DNA of 64,000 bases from Octopus vulgaris. Its lineage: Eukaryota. Each line of letters starts with the position of its first letter. Position 1 is the first letter of the stretch. This document shows positions 13,213 to 23,665 of this stretch, piece by piece. The DNA lies in the NCBI GenBank assembly GCA_951406725.2, contig OX597815.1, positions 115,630,001 through 115,694,000 on the forward strand. The letters are read 5' to 3'. The notes below the pieces were generated by a model, which was not told where the DNA came from, searched no databases, and saw only the letters and a program-made list of their open reading frames with translations. A program made the translations under genes and the position numbers.

Positions 13213-14380
13213 ATAGCTTTCATATGCGGCAGATGCACGGGGGCAATAGACACCACGGATACTCAGAAAACATTCCATTGCACTCCAGGGAGAGAAACTA
13301 AAAGCAGTTGAAAGCTTCCGCTACCTAGGTGACTAAGTTAGTAGTGGGGGGGGGGTAGATGCTCAGAGAGTGGTGCCACTAGAATAAAAATAGTCTAGGC
13401 AAAGTTTAGAAAGCTTCTACCCCTACTGGTGACAAAGGGTTTCTCACTCAGAGTGAAAGGTAGATTGTACAACGCATGTGTGTGAACTGCTATGCTTCAC
13501 AGCAGTGAAACATGGGCTGTGACTGCAGAGGACATGCACAGGCTCGAAAGAAATGAAGCTAGCATGATCCACTGGATGTGTAATGTCAGTGTGCACACAC
13601 AACAGAGTATAAGCGCCCTGAGAGAAATGTTGGATATAAGAAGCATTGGATGTGGCATGCAAGAGAGATGTTTGCGCTGGTATGGTCATGTACTATGGAT
13701 GGAGAAGGAGAGATGTGTGAAGAAGTACCACTCCCAAACAGTTGAAGGAAGACATGGGATGAGGTGGTCAAGCATAACCTTCGAATGTTGGGTCTCACAG
13801 AGGCAATGACAAAAGACCGAGACCTCTGAAGATATGCTGTGACTGCGAAGACCTGACAAATAAAGTGAGTTCATGGCAGTATACTACACCAGCTTCACAC
13901 AACCAGCCCCCTGGCTCATTCAAAGCACCTTGGATCGCAGGACGACCTGCAGTGCTTACCCTGGATCGTGGGGTGATCTGCTGTGCTTGAAGAGACCTAT
14001 TGAGTCAAATACATGAACATCAAAATAAAAATCAAATAGGATTGTAGTTGTGATACCCTAGCCGGTGGCATGTAAAAAGCACCATCCGAACGTGGCCAAT
14101 GTCAGAGTCGCCCTGGCTGGCTTCTGTGCCAGTGGCACATAAAAAGCACCAACCGATCATGGCTGTTGCCAGCCTCCTCTGGCCCCTGTGCTGGTGGCAC
14201 ATAAAAAGCACCCACTACATTCACAGAGTGGTTGGCGTTAGGAAGGGCATCAAGCTGTAGAAACACTGCCAAATCAGACTGGAGCCTGGTGCAGCCTCCT
14301 GTGTTTCCAGACCCTGGTTGAATTATTCAACCCATGCTAGCATGGAAAATGGACGTTAAACGATGATGATGGTGATGATG
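13213..14380 (+). mobile_element. 5'-truncated RTE-clade LINE (end of ORF2, 3' UTR and (GAT)n tail)
   Basis: Decayed ORF VESFRYLGD...MLHSSETWAVTAEDMHRLERNEASM...LRWYGHV. The 3' UTR has repeated GGTGGCACxTAAAAAGCACC and ends GGACGTTAAACGATGATG. Confidence 0.9.
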
Positions 14381-14401
14381 ATATATATATATATATATAT
14401 A

Positions 14402-14615
14402 GGGTGGCAAGCTGACAGAATTGTTAGCATGCCAGGCAAAAAGTTTAGTGTCATTTCATCAATCTTTATGTTCCGAGTTCAAATTTCCCCAAGGTCAATT
14501 TTTGCCTTTCATCCTCTTGGGATCAATAAAATAACAAGCAGTTGAGCACTAGAGTTGATGTAATTGACCTAACTCCTTTCCCCAAATTGCTGGTTTTGTG
14601 CCAAAATTGGAAATC
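14402..14615 (+). mobile_element. Abundant ~210-bp SINE family (other dispersed copies at ~15990-16198, 22709-22920, 45537-45749 +; 47644-47850 -; partial copies near 6600, 8010, 8750, 18300, 29090, 30720)
   Basis: Consensus GGTGGTGAGCTGGCAGAATCGTTAG..CTGAGTTCAAAT..AGGTCAACTTTGCCTTTCATCCTTT.GGGGTCGATAAAATAAGTACCAG..GGCCTTGTGCCAAAATTTGAAACC, with A/B-box-like motifs. The central part is reminiscent of MetaSINE/Sauria-type domains (from recall, unverified). Confidence 0.85.
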
Positions 14616-15113
14616 AAAATATAAATGTGTGTGTGTGTGTCTGTGTTTGTCCCTCACCACTGCTTCACAACTGGTGTTAGAGTGTTTACATCTCCATATC
14701 GTAATGGTTTGGCAAAAGCAACTGATAGAATAAGTATCAGGCTTTAAAAACAGAACATAAGTACTAGGGCTAATTTGTTCAATTAAAATTCTAAAAGGTG
14801 TTGCCCCAGCATGGCCATAGTTAATGATTGAGATAAGTAAAACTTGAAACATGCATGATTATCCTACAATGATTATCACTTATAAAATAATAAGTAGTAC
14901 CCATTATTGTATCCATTACTACCAATTCTATATAATACCCTTTATAGAATGAATCAAAACTAACGCTTTCCCTTTCTAATGAGTTTAACATTATGATAGT
15001 TGAGTTAAGAAAGTCTCTTTGATGTAGCTCATCCTGCAAGAAACAGCAGTCAAATCTCCTTCAAATCATATCCAACAATCTTAAAAATGAGAGGATACTT
15101 TGAACAACATAGT

Positions 15114-15152
<39 letters not shown>

Positions 15153-16748
15153 ATGAGATGGACATGGTTGGAATGTCTTTGATCATGTCTGCTTGATTAA
15201 GGTTGACTTGGGACCAAACAACAACAGTGCAAATAGCTATATTATATCTGAGTCAGTAGCTTTTAACTTCACACCTTCTGCATCTTTATTATAATTTTTG
15301 ACTCATGACCTAACTTTTGTGTACATTTAGATTTTGTTTTTGTTATAATATTGTTGTAATATTAGGGAGATAGAGTAAGCTCTCCAGTATCAAGTGGTTT
15401 GGATATAAGAACTGACCTCACAATGAACTAGTTTACTATGCAGCATCAATTCTTATTTAAAGCTATTTCATTTCACATACACTGCTGACACTTATGAAAT
15501 GATTACATGACGAATACAACTTTCATTAATTTACTCTTACCACTAGAAATCACAAGGCTTTGTGCTCATCTGGAAGAGGCAGTGATAAACATTTCCTGCA
15601 TAATCATTACTTATCCATTATACCTTCTTTTGTATGTTATGATTACAATAGTAACATTCAACTACATTAAACTAAATTATGTAAAAATGCCCAACAGGCT
15701 GAGTCTGCAACCTGGTTTCAGTTCCTACTTGTAGACATTAGCTTTATTTTATGTTGATAATGTCCTTGAGAAAAATACAAATCACAGGCAACTGAGTTTC
15801 TCCTCCCTCTTTAAAAAAAATCATTATTTTCTCAAAATAGAAAAAAGCCTATGCATAATTGATTTGCTTTTCCATTTCCCTTTTCTGTTTTTTTTTCACT
15901 TTCCTCCACAAAGCTTTTTGATAACAGAGTTCCAATCTGCTTCAATATATTAATTAGTGTTTAATACATATCAGTAAAGGGCCTCTATAGGGCAACGAAG
16001 TGGCCAAATCTTTAGCACATCAGGCAAGATATTTAGTGACATTTCATCCATCTTTGAGTTCAAATGCCACCAAGGTTGACTTTGCCTTTCATCCTTTTTG
16101 GGATCAATAAAAAAAGTACTGGTTTAGCACTGGAATCAATGTAATCAACTTAAACACCTCTTCCGATGTTGCTGACCGTATGCCAAAATTTGAAACCAAT
16201 AGAGGGCCTCTATGTGGTTGCCCACCTGCTAGAAATAGCAACCAAATGGTTCTGTTGTGGTTGAAGTGCCTTTGATCATACTTCTGGCCAGTTAGAGCTG
16301 ACCTGGATTTAAACAGCAAGAAACAACAATAGCAATACTAAAGAACCTTGAGGGAATTGAAGGCAGTATCTAAATTGAAACTAATGGAGAATGACAGTAT
16401 ATACATTAATGTTTCTAATCAAGCTTTCTATAGTCTGTGCATACTTTAACATATTCTAAAATAATGTTAATGTGTAGCATTTTTAATGCAACAGGTATCA
16501 CGTGGCACGAGGTCTCCTCCCTGAGTTCTTGACACCTGTTGAACAGGCTTGTCTTGTGAGTTACCTGGTGACCTCACTGGTGCCAATGCCACATAAAAAA
16601 GTTCCTAGTGCACTTTGTAAAGTGGTTGGCATTAGGAAAGGCATCCAACCATAACAATCACGTCAAAGCAGATAGTAGTACATGGCATGTATGTTCCTCT
16701 GACTCACCAACTTCTGTCAAACCATCCAACTCATACCAACATGGTGTA

Positions 16749-17687
16749 TCATCATCATCATCATCATCGTTTAACGTCCGCTTTTCATGCTAGTATGGGT
16801 TGGACGGTTCAACTGGGGTCTGGGAAGCCCGAAGGCTGCACCAGACCAGTCAGATCTGGCAGTGTTTCTACAGCTGGATGCTCTTCCTAACGCCAACCAC
16901 TCCGTGAGTGTAGTGGGTGCTTTTTATGTGCCACCGACACAGGTGCCAGATGAGGCTGGCGAACGGCCACGATCGGGTGGTGTTTGTTACGTGCCACCGG
17001 CACGGAGGCCAGGAGAGACTGGCATGGCCACGATCGGATGGTGTTTGTTACGTGCCACCAGCACGGAGGCCAGTCGATGTGGTACTGGCTACAGCCACGT
17101 TCGGTTGGTTTTCTTATGTGCCACCGGCACAAATTCCATTGATGTTCATCGATTTTGATTTGATTCTTTGATTTTTGATTTTCACTTGCCTCAAAAGGTC
17201 TTCACAAGTAGAGTTATGTGTCCCAAGAAGGAAGGTATGCACAGGTGGACTGACTACGTCCCAGGTAGGGGCCATGGGTTATGGCCTCACTTGTCCTGCC
17301 GGGTCTTCTCGCGCACAGCATACTTCCAAAGGTTTCGGTCTCTGGTCATTTCCTTGGTGAGACCTAAAGAGCGAAGGTCGTTCTTCACCACCTCGTCCCA
17401 GGTTTTCCTGGGTCTACCTCTTCCACAAGTTCCCTCAACTGCTAGGGTGTGGCACTTTTTCACACAACTATCTTCATCCATTCTTACTACGTGTCCATAC
17501 CAGTGTAGACGCCTCTTGCACACCACATCTGATGCTTCTTAGGTCCAACTTTTCTCTCAAGACACTTACACTCTGTCGAGTATGAACACTGACATTACGC
17601 ATCCAACGGAGCATACTAGCTTCATTTCTTGCGAGCTTACGCATATCCTCAGCAGTCACGGCCCATGTTTCACTGCCATGTAGCATG
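16749..17687 (-). mobile_element. Young 5'-truncated RTE-clade LINE with an 18-bp target-site duplication
   Basis: ORFs 17474..17842 and 17287..17526 (LHGSETWAV...WYGHVVRMDEDSCVKKC...GRGRPRKTW). (ATC)n tail at 16749-16768. AACTCATACCAACATGGT occurs at both 16728-16745 and 17688-17705. Confidence 0.93.
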
Positions 17688-17715
17688 AACTCATACCAAC
17701 ATGGTATATATATAT

Positions 17716-17761
<46 letters not shown>

Positions 17762-18461
17762 ATGGGTAATTTTATGTGTTCTCCTTGTCTTGACGTTTGC
17801 ATACTGATTGAAAACAAAGTCACCATTCATGCAAGCTGTCATGTGTTTTTTTCATTCTCTCATGAACATATATCCAGCCATTGAGCTGTTCTTCAAAAGA
17901 CTAGAGGAAATAATACTTTGCTTTAGAAACAGTAACATTTAGCATGAAGTTGGGGTAGATTTTTCTAAATCTGACTATAGAAAGCTCTTCCCTATACAAG
18001 TATAGAAAAGTGAACATTAAAATGATGATGACAATGACAACAACAACAATATATATACAATATATACTCACTCACTCACTCACTCACTTACACCTGCATG
18101 TATAATTACACACACACAGTATAATATATACTCATACATGCACATGCATATATATTAACATACATATTTAAAGCATCCATGACAACTGTATTATCTGGGC
18201 AAAAAACCAATCATTGTAAAAAGAAAGAGGTGTGGTTCATTGAATCGATCTGACTTAGCAACTTGAACCTATTAAATAATAATTATTTCTAACATAGATA
18301 CAAGCCAGAAATTATGAGGTAGGCTTAGTCAATAATGTGACATTAGTACTTGACTAGTACTTAATTTATCAACCCCAGATAAATGAAGGATAAAATTGGC
18401 TTCAGTATGATTTGAATTCAGAGCTTGAAAGAGTATCAACACGTTAATAATATGATATAAA

Positions 18462-19110
18462 AAATAGGCTACAGCAAATATTCTTCTCAATACCACACAT
18501 TTACTTGTCAGCTGTTTGACCATAACCAGTTGAGCATGTCCCTTGGTGGCTGATGATCACAAGCAGAAGTAGTGGGGGAGACATCATAGCCATGTGTTGA
18601 GAGGAATTCTTTGGGGTTTGAATAATTCAATTCTGGAAACATGAGTTTCATTCAACATCCTTATTCGGGGACCTTTTGAGTTGATGGGCTACTCGACCTG
18701 ATGAAAATTCTAACTGGGCTTCATATATTTTACCTCAGTGTCACTTTGATGGCATGCATTGCTCTCTCATTCAATAATAATAATGATGATGTTGATGATG
18801 ATGATGATGATGATGATAATGATAATAATAATAATAATAATAATAAATGCCCTGATGCAATACCAGGCAATGGCTCTCATAACTTCTAATCTTTACTGAT
18901 TAGAAGTGTTATCATGTACATGTAAAATGGGCTACCGCAAATATTCTGCTCAATACCACAGATTTGCTTGTCAGTTGTTTGACCTTAACCAGTTGAGCAT
19001 GCCCCTTAGTGGTTGATGATATGTGCATCTCTTATCATGAGCAGAAGTAGTGGGGGAGCACCATAGCCATGTGTTGAGCATCATAACCATGTGTTTGGGG
19101 TTTGAATAAC
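18462..19110 (+). repeat. Two tandem copies of an unidentified element embedded in (TAA/TGA)n
   Basis: GGCTAC.GCAAATATTCT.CTCAATACCACA.ATTT.CTTGTCAG...GCAGAAGTAGTGGGGGAG..CATAGCCATGTGTTGAG at ~18467-18600 and ~18930-19078, separated by AAT/GAT repeats. Confidence 0.75.
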
Positions 19111-19149
19111 TGCTGCTGTTGTTCTTCTTCAAGAACAGAAGGAAGCATA

Positions 19150-19985
19150 TCAAAAGAAAAGGAATTACGTGGCTAATTCATGCAACAAACCAAGAATGTT
19201 GCAAGTAAAGAACATTGGCTCTGGTTGACAAATAGAAAACTGAAACAGTCTGAAGCACTGATTATAACTACTCAGGAACAGGCCACTTAGATGAATCTGA
19301 TAAAGGCAAAAATTGACAAAATTCAAAGAGAAAATATTGAATCTGCAGGAAAACAGACAAAAGTATAAATCATTTCTTGAGTGAATGTAGTAAGCTAGCA
19401 CAAAAAGAGTATAAGCACAAGCATAACTGTGTAGGTATAAGAGTGCTTTGAATGTATGGTGAGTGTGTGACTTCAAAATAACAAGCGGTATGAACATGAA
19501 CTGTGACAGACAACAAGGATTATAGGATTGTATAAGACTTCCCATAAAGACTGATCATACTAGAAGACCAAATATAATTACAGAGAACAAAATAAACAAA
19601 CAGTGTAAGACCATAAACTTTGCAGTATCATATAATAACAGAGTAGATGCCAAAGAAATGGAAAAAGTCAAGAAATATCAGGAACTAGCCAGAGAGCTGA
19701 AGAGATTGTGGAAGACAAAAACAAATTTCTGTTGTAATTGGAGTACTTGGCACAACACCCAAACTGCTACCTAAGAGACTGACAGATTGGAATTGAGACT
19801 TGCACTGCCAACCTGCAGAAAAGTGGCATCCTGTATTTTGCAAGAATCCTAAGAAAGATTCTTGAGATTTGAGGAGACTTGTTATCACCAACCCCCAAAA
19901 TAACACTCCTGCTAATTAAATTATCATATAAATACTTTTGGAATAACAGTAATAAACTAGGTGTCACTGATAATAATGAGTAATC
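19150..19985 (+). mobile_element. Decayed R4/Dong-like non-LTR retrotransposon 3' end (CCHC knuckle plus restriction-like endonuclease)
   Basis: Frames give SINHFLSECSKLAQKEYKHKHN and RRPNII...INFAVSYNNRVDAKEMEKVKKYQELARELKRLWK...VVIGVLG...LQKSGILYFARILRKILEI*. Confidence 0.82.
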
Positions 19986-19989
19986 TGAT

Positions 19990-20460
19990 GCAATTCAGTG
20001 ATTGATTCTCAGAGATCAGATATTGTTGTAGTGAATAAAAGGAAGAAGGAATCCAAAATAATAGATATTGTCATAGCTGGGGATGCACGAATGGGTGACA
20101 GCTGGGAAAATTGAAAATTATAATCTACTAAACAATGAAATTGCATAAATGTGGACCATTATTATTATTAACTGTCATTATTAGTTATTATTATTATGGG
20201 AACTCTAACAACCAGGTTTGAGAAACATGTTGAAGAAATTGGAATTGACATGAGGGTAGAACATGCACATAAAACTGCTCTATTAGGCACAGTAAGGATC
20301 TGAGATTGGTTTTTGGATGTTAAGCATTTGGGAAGAAACCCTGTGAGACTTTCAACAACAGGTTGCTATCTACTTTTACAGAATTAACATAGAGTAAGTA
20401 AAATTGAGAACTCTGAGAAGTAAAATGGAAATATTGATAATGATAATAATAACAACAACA
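19990..20460 (+). mobile_element. Second, divergent R4/Dong-like endonuclease remnant followed by (TAA)n
   Basis: RSDIVVVNKRKKESKIIDIVIAGDAR...KIENY...GIDMRVEHAHKTALLGTVRI: a PD-(D/E)xK-type RLE pattern. Confidence 0.72.
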
Positions 20461-20529
20461 ATTATAATAGTAACAAAACTTATTACTATTATTATTATTA
20501 TTATTACTATTATTATTATTATTATTATT

Positions 20530-20560
<31 letters not shown>

Positions 20561-20791
20561 CAGTTTGATATTTAAGAGATGAGGAATTATGTACATTATT
20601 AGACGCATACACACACATACTTCCATAAGTTGAAAAGTAGAGGAATACCATCTTCTTGAATACTGCTTCCATTTCCCTCACTGTTTTAATACTAACTGCT
20701 CTATTCTTGCTTCTTTTTCTGATATATAATGTACTGAACCATGATTGAAAATTCAACAAAAATGTACTCCATCTGGTGAGAGATAAATATT

Positions 20792-20988
20792 ATTATTTAA
20801 AGGTCCCAATACATGTATTAAAGTGCTACTAGTAGTTTCATGTTTTTTTTATTTCATTATATGTGGTTTGTGCCTGAATAATATGTTTGAGTTCTCTCAA
20901 CATATGAAACTATTAGTAGTACTTTAATACAGATATCGTTAAACGAGGATGATGATGATGATGATGATGATTGTGACCTTTAAATAAT
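20792..20988. mobile_element. ~200-bp fold-back element containing a hammerhead-like motif
   Basis: Arms ATTATTTAAAGGTC..GTATTAAAGTGCTACTAGTAGTTTCAT and ATGAAACTATTAGTAGTACTTTAATAC..GACCTTTAAATAAT. The right arm is interrupted by an RTE tail tip (CGTTAAACGAGGATGATG). Confidence 0.85.
20870..20922 (+). ncRNA. Type I hammerhead-like motif (G8 substituted)
   Basis: gtgc CTGAATA atatgtttgag-ttct-ctcaacatat GAAAC tatta GTA gtac. The inverted arm preserves gcac, which pairs perfectly with gtgc. Confidence 0.65.
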
Positions 20989-20993
20989 GATCT

Positions 20994-21024
<31 letters not shown>

Positions 21025-21027
<3 letters not shown>

Positions 21028-21342
21028 AATTTTTTGCTTAATAAGATAAAGAAACAAGGCTGTGTAGATATTAGAGCATTTATAGATAGATCTTACAGCT
21101 GTTTCTAAGATATTTATTAATTATATCCCTTCATCGGAGATGGTGTGAGAGGATGGTTAAGTCATAGTTTAGATGTGATACAAAATAGAGAGTGAGGTGG
21201 AGGAAAGAAAATAGATACAAGATATGTATGGATATTGAAGTTGTAAATCCATTTTTTAGGCATTATGGTATATATGCAATATTCCAATATCCTATGAGTA
21301 AAGTCTAAAAGTCCAACAGAGTTTAAAATGGGTCCTTCCAAA
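21025..21342 (-). mobile_element. Solo copy of the inner arm element of the 12-13 kb palindrome, inserted in (TA)n
   Basis: Collinear with 12275-12555, flanked by TA repeats on both sides, and carries the CCGATGA...GAAACAGCTGTA motif. Confidence 0.88.
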
Positions 21343-21453
21343 TATATATATATATAGTATATCTTTATATATTATAGCATGTGTTACAACATATTTTGTA
21401 ATATAATATATTTATATATTGTAATATTTTTATTTTTTTCTTTCTTTTTGCAG

Positions 21454-21542
21454 GATCCCTTTCCCTTTGGAAATTTCTAGACTTTATTGTCACATATCGG
21501 CCCTCAGTATTCCTCCTGCTTCAACCATTCATTCAGTTCAAG
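21454..21542 (+). CDS. unc-80: UNC80 exon: (G)SLSLWKFLDFIVTYRPSVFLLLQPFIQFK
   Basis: ttttgcAG acceptor, AAG|gtaaaa donor. Strongly resembles UNC80 GLALWDFLDFIVRTRIPIFVLLRPFIQCK, the diagnostic match. Too short for the ORF track. Confidence 0.95.
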
Positions 21543-23041
21543 GTAAAATTATCTGATCCCAATTACTATTGATGCAATATATAGTAAATATTTATCTTTT
21601 GTTTATTTTTTATTTCACAATATGTTCTTGAATATCATTATTTTCTGGAATGTCCCAGTTTTCTTCACTTATATATAACATTCAGAAAGTCTGGCCTAGG
21701 GTGTTGTGAAGGCACAACACAATGAACAAGAGCAATGGTAACTGAAGTGGTTGACTCCCAGATTCATTGCTTCTCTAAGTTATACTTGAATATATATTAA
21801 CCAAAATTGTCAGCTTGAGATCAGCAAAAATTGCATTCCAGTTTGCTGAGGCAAAGAACTACAGCTTATGTTGCTCCAGTATAAGTTGTTATGGTTCTGA
21901 TCCTTACACTGTGCAAGTACACACCAAGTGTAGTCTCCTATACACATATTTGGGATAATGCAATTGTTAAGTACAATAATATTTGGGAACCCATTCAAAA
22001 AACCTTATAAGGAAATCTTTTCTCATCAATATACTTCATGGACATTGCCAGTATTTTAACTGGAAGAAGATTATCAATGTTAAAATTTGGTCTATCATTA
22101 GCCAATTTTCAAAAATCACAAAATTGAAATACATGTGAGATAATAATTATATTTGCATGGATATGTAGTAGAGTTCATCTAAACCTTCCCTGGTTGCAGA
22201 GGTGTACAATAACCTGTCAAACAGTCCCGATGTGCTATGACCTTTCTAATTTTTTTTTTCTATAATAATCTTCACACCATCCCTGCTGTCACGCATCTGA
22301 AGCAGAGCAAGTATAAGAGGGACTGGTGTATTCATTCTTAGTAAACACATGCTCAGTCCTTTCTTGCCAAAAATACATTCCACTGGAATTCTTTTGCTGC
22401 CCACATTCTCCCTGCAGGTTACAATCTTTAAGAGATCGAGTTGAAACTCAATTGCATTACTCTCAAGTTTAAAACAGTGCAAGGGAAACTCAGGACCCTA
22501 TTACATTTTTCCATACTAAATAACTATTTAATTTTTTAAAAACTATATAAAAACTTATGCATTTGACCTTCAGTTAAGTTTTTACTAAAGTTTTAAGGTG
22601 AGAAATTATTGAAATAGGTGAGCAGGATAGTTCTGTATTTTTGTGTCTTCTTTGATTTCTGGATCTCCTCTTGAATTTCACAAATATTGATATTACATCA
22701 TCTGATAAGGCAGAGAGTTGGCAGAATCATTTGCACACTGGACAAAATGCTTAACTGGATTTCATCCGTTTTTGTGTTCTGAGTTCAAATTCCACCAAGG
22801 TTGACTTTGCCTTTCATCGTTTTGGAGGTCAATAAAATAAGTAGCAGTTGAGCACTGGATTGATGTAATCAACTCATCCCCTTACCCAGACTTACTGGCC
22901 TTGTGCCAGAATTTGAAACCAATATTATATCATCTGAAATCAACCTCAACCAAATCTATTCTATATACACTAATGTAACTCAGTGATTATATTTTGTATT
23001 TTTTCTTCTCATCCTGCTTTACTGTTTTTTTTTTCTGCCAG

Positions 23042-23207
23042 ATGATGAAAGTTAATTGTGACACTGCAGAAGAATATTTCTTACAGCAAATTATCAAAGA
23101 CAAACTAATGGGCGTCCATTCTGTGAATCATCCTAAATGTAAAGGTAACATTCTCATTCAGTTGACAATAGAGTTACGACAGATCAAAGAAGAATTAGCA
23201 AATGCAG
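23042..23207 (+). CDS. unc-80: UNC80 exon: MMKVNCDTAEEYFLQQIIKDKLMG...PKCKGNILIQLTIELRQIKEELANA
   Basis: ctgccAG acceptor, GCAG|gtaagc donor, 166 nt, phase 0/1. Resembles UNC80 PLCKSSLIAEFNSELKILKE. Confidence 0.93.
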
Positions 23208-23407
23208 GTAAGCATAATTTTACATAGATCTTAATAGAATTTATTTTTGTTACATTTCAATACTTGATTAAAATTTAACATCACATGTTGTAAGACTGAA
23301 TTTTCTGGTTTAAATGCTGATATGTAATATTCATGCTTGGTGGGTAGGAGAACAACAGATGTAAAATTTCACACATAAACACATTTATATATTTCTTTTG
23401 TTCTCAG

Positions 23408-23560
23408 ACTTTTCTTCAGGTACTCCTGCCATGCTTTCTGACCAGTCAGAGCTTTCTTACAATCAAGCCACTGATCAGCAGCAACAAATAAATGAAATAA
23501 CAGCTGAAATTGTACCTCCCAAATTTTCTTTGGGCAGTGTGGGAAAACATTCCAGCAAAG
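23408..23560 (+). CDS. unc-80: UNC80 exon, disordered C-terminal region: (D)FSSGTPAMLSDQ...GKHSSK
   Basis: ttctcAG acceptor (an in-frame alternative AG lies 12 nt downstream), AAAG|gtaaat donor, 153 nt, phase 1/1. Confidence 0.85.
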
Positions 23561-23633
23561 GTAAATCCTTTTCTTCTGGCTTGTTGTGTAAGAAGTATAA
23601 TGCTTTTTGAATATAAAATTTTGATTGTCCACA

Positions 23634-23665
<32 letters not shown>

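Larger units (their letters stand above)
12079..13218. repeat. ~1.14 kb imperfect palindrome (fold-back) with a perfect 60-bp core at 12570-12629
   Basis: 12079-12555 is the reverse complement of ~12757-13218, including mirrored (TA)n, (TCTA)n and (CA)n tracts. The centre ACAGTGTTGTAGAGTCAAAGGTTTTTATTT|AAATAAAAACCTTTGACTCTACAACACTGT has no loop. Confidence 0.95.

Noticed and set aside
16915-17130. CRISPR-like repeat-spacer pattern (GTGTTTGTTACGTGCCACC..)
   Set aside because: Eukaryotic context, the spacers are similar to each other, and it lies in a LINE 3' UTR as a tandem repeat.
16787-17542. Plus-strand ORFs of 123-124 aa
   Set aside because: Antisense shadows of the minus-strand RTE LINE.
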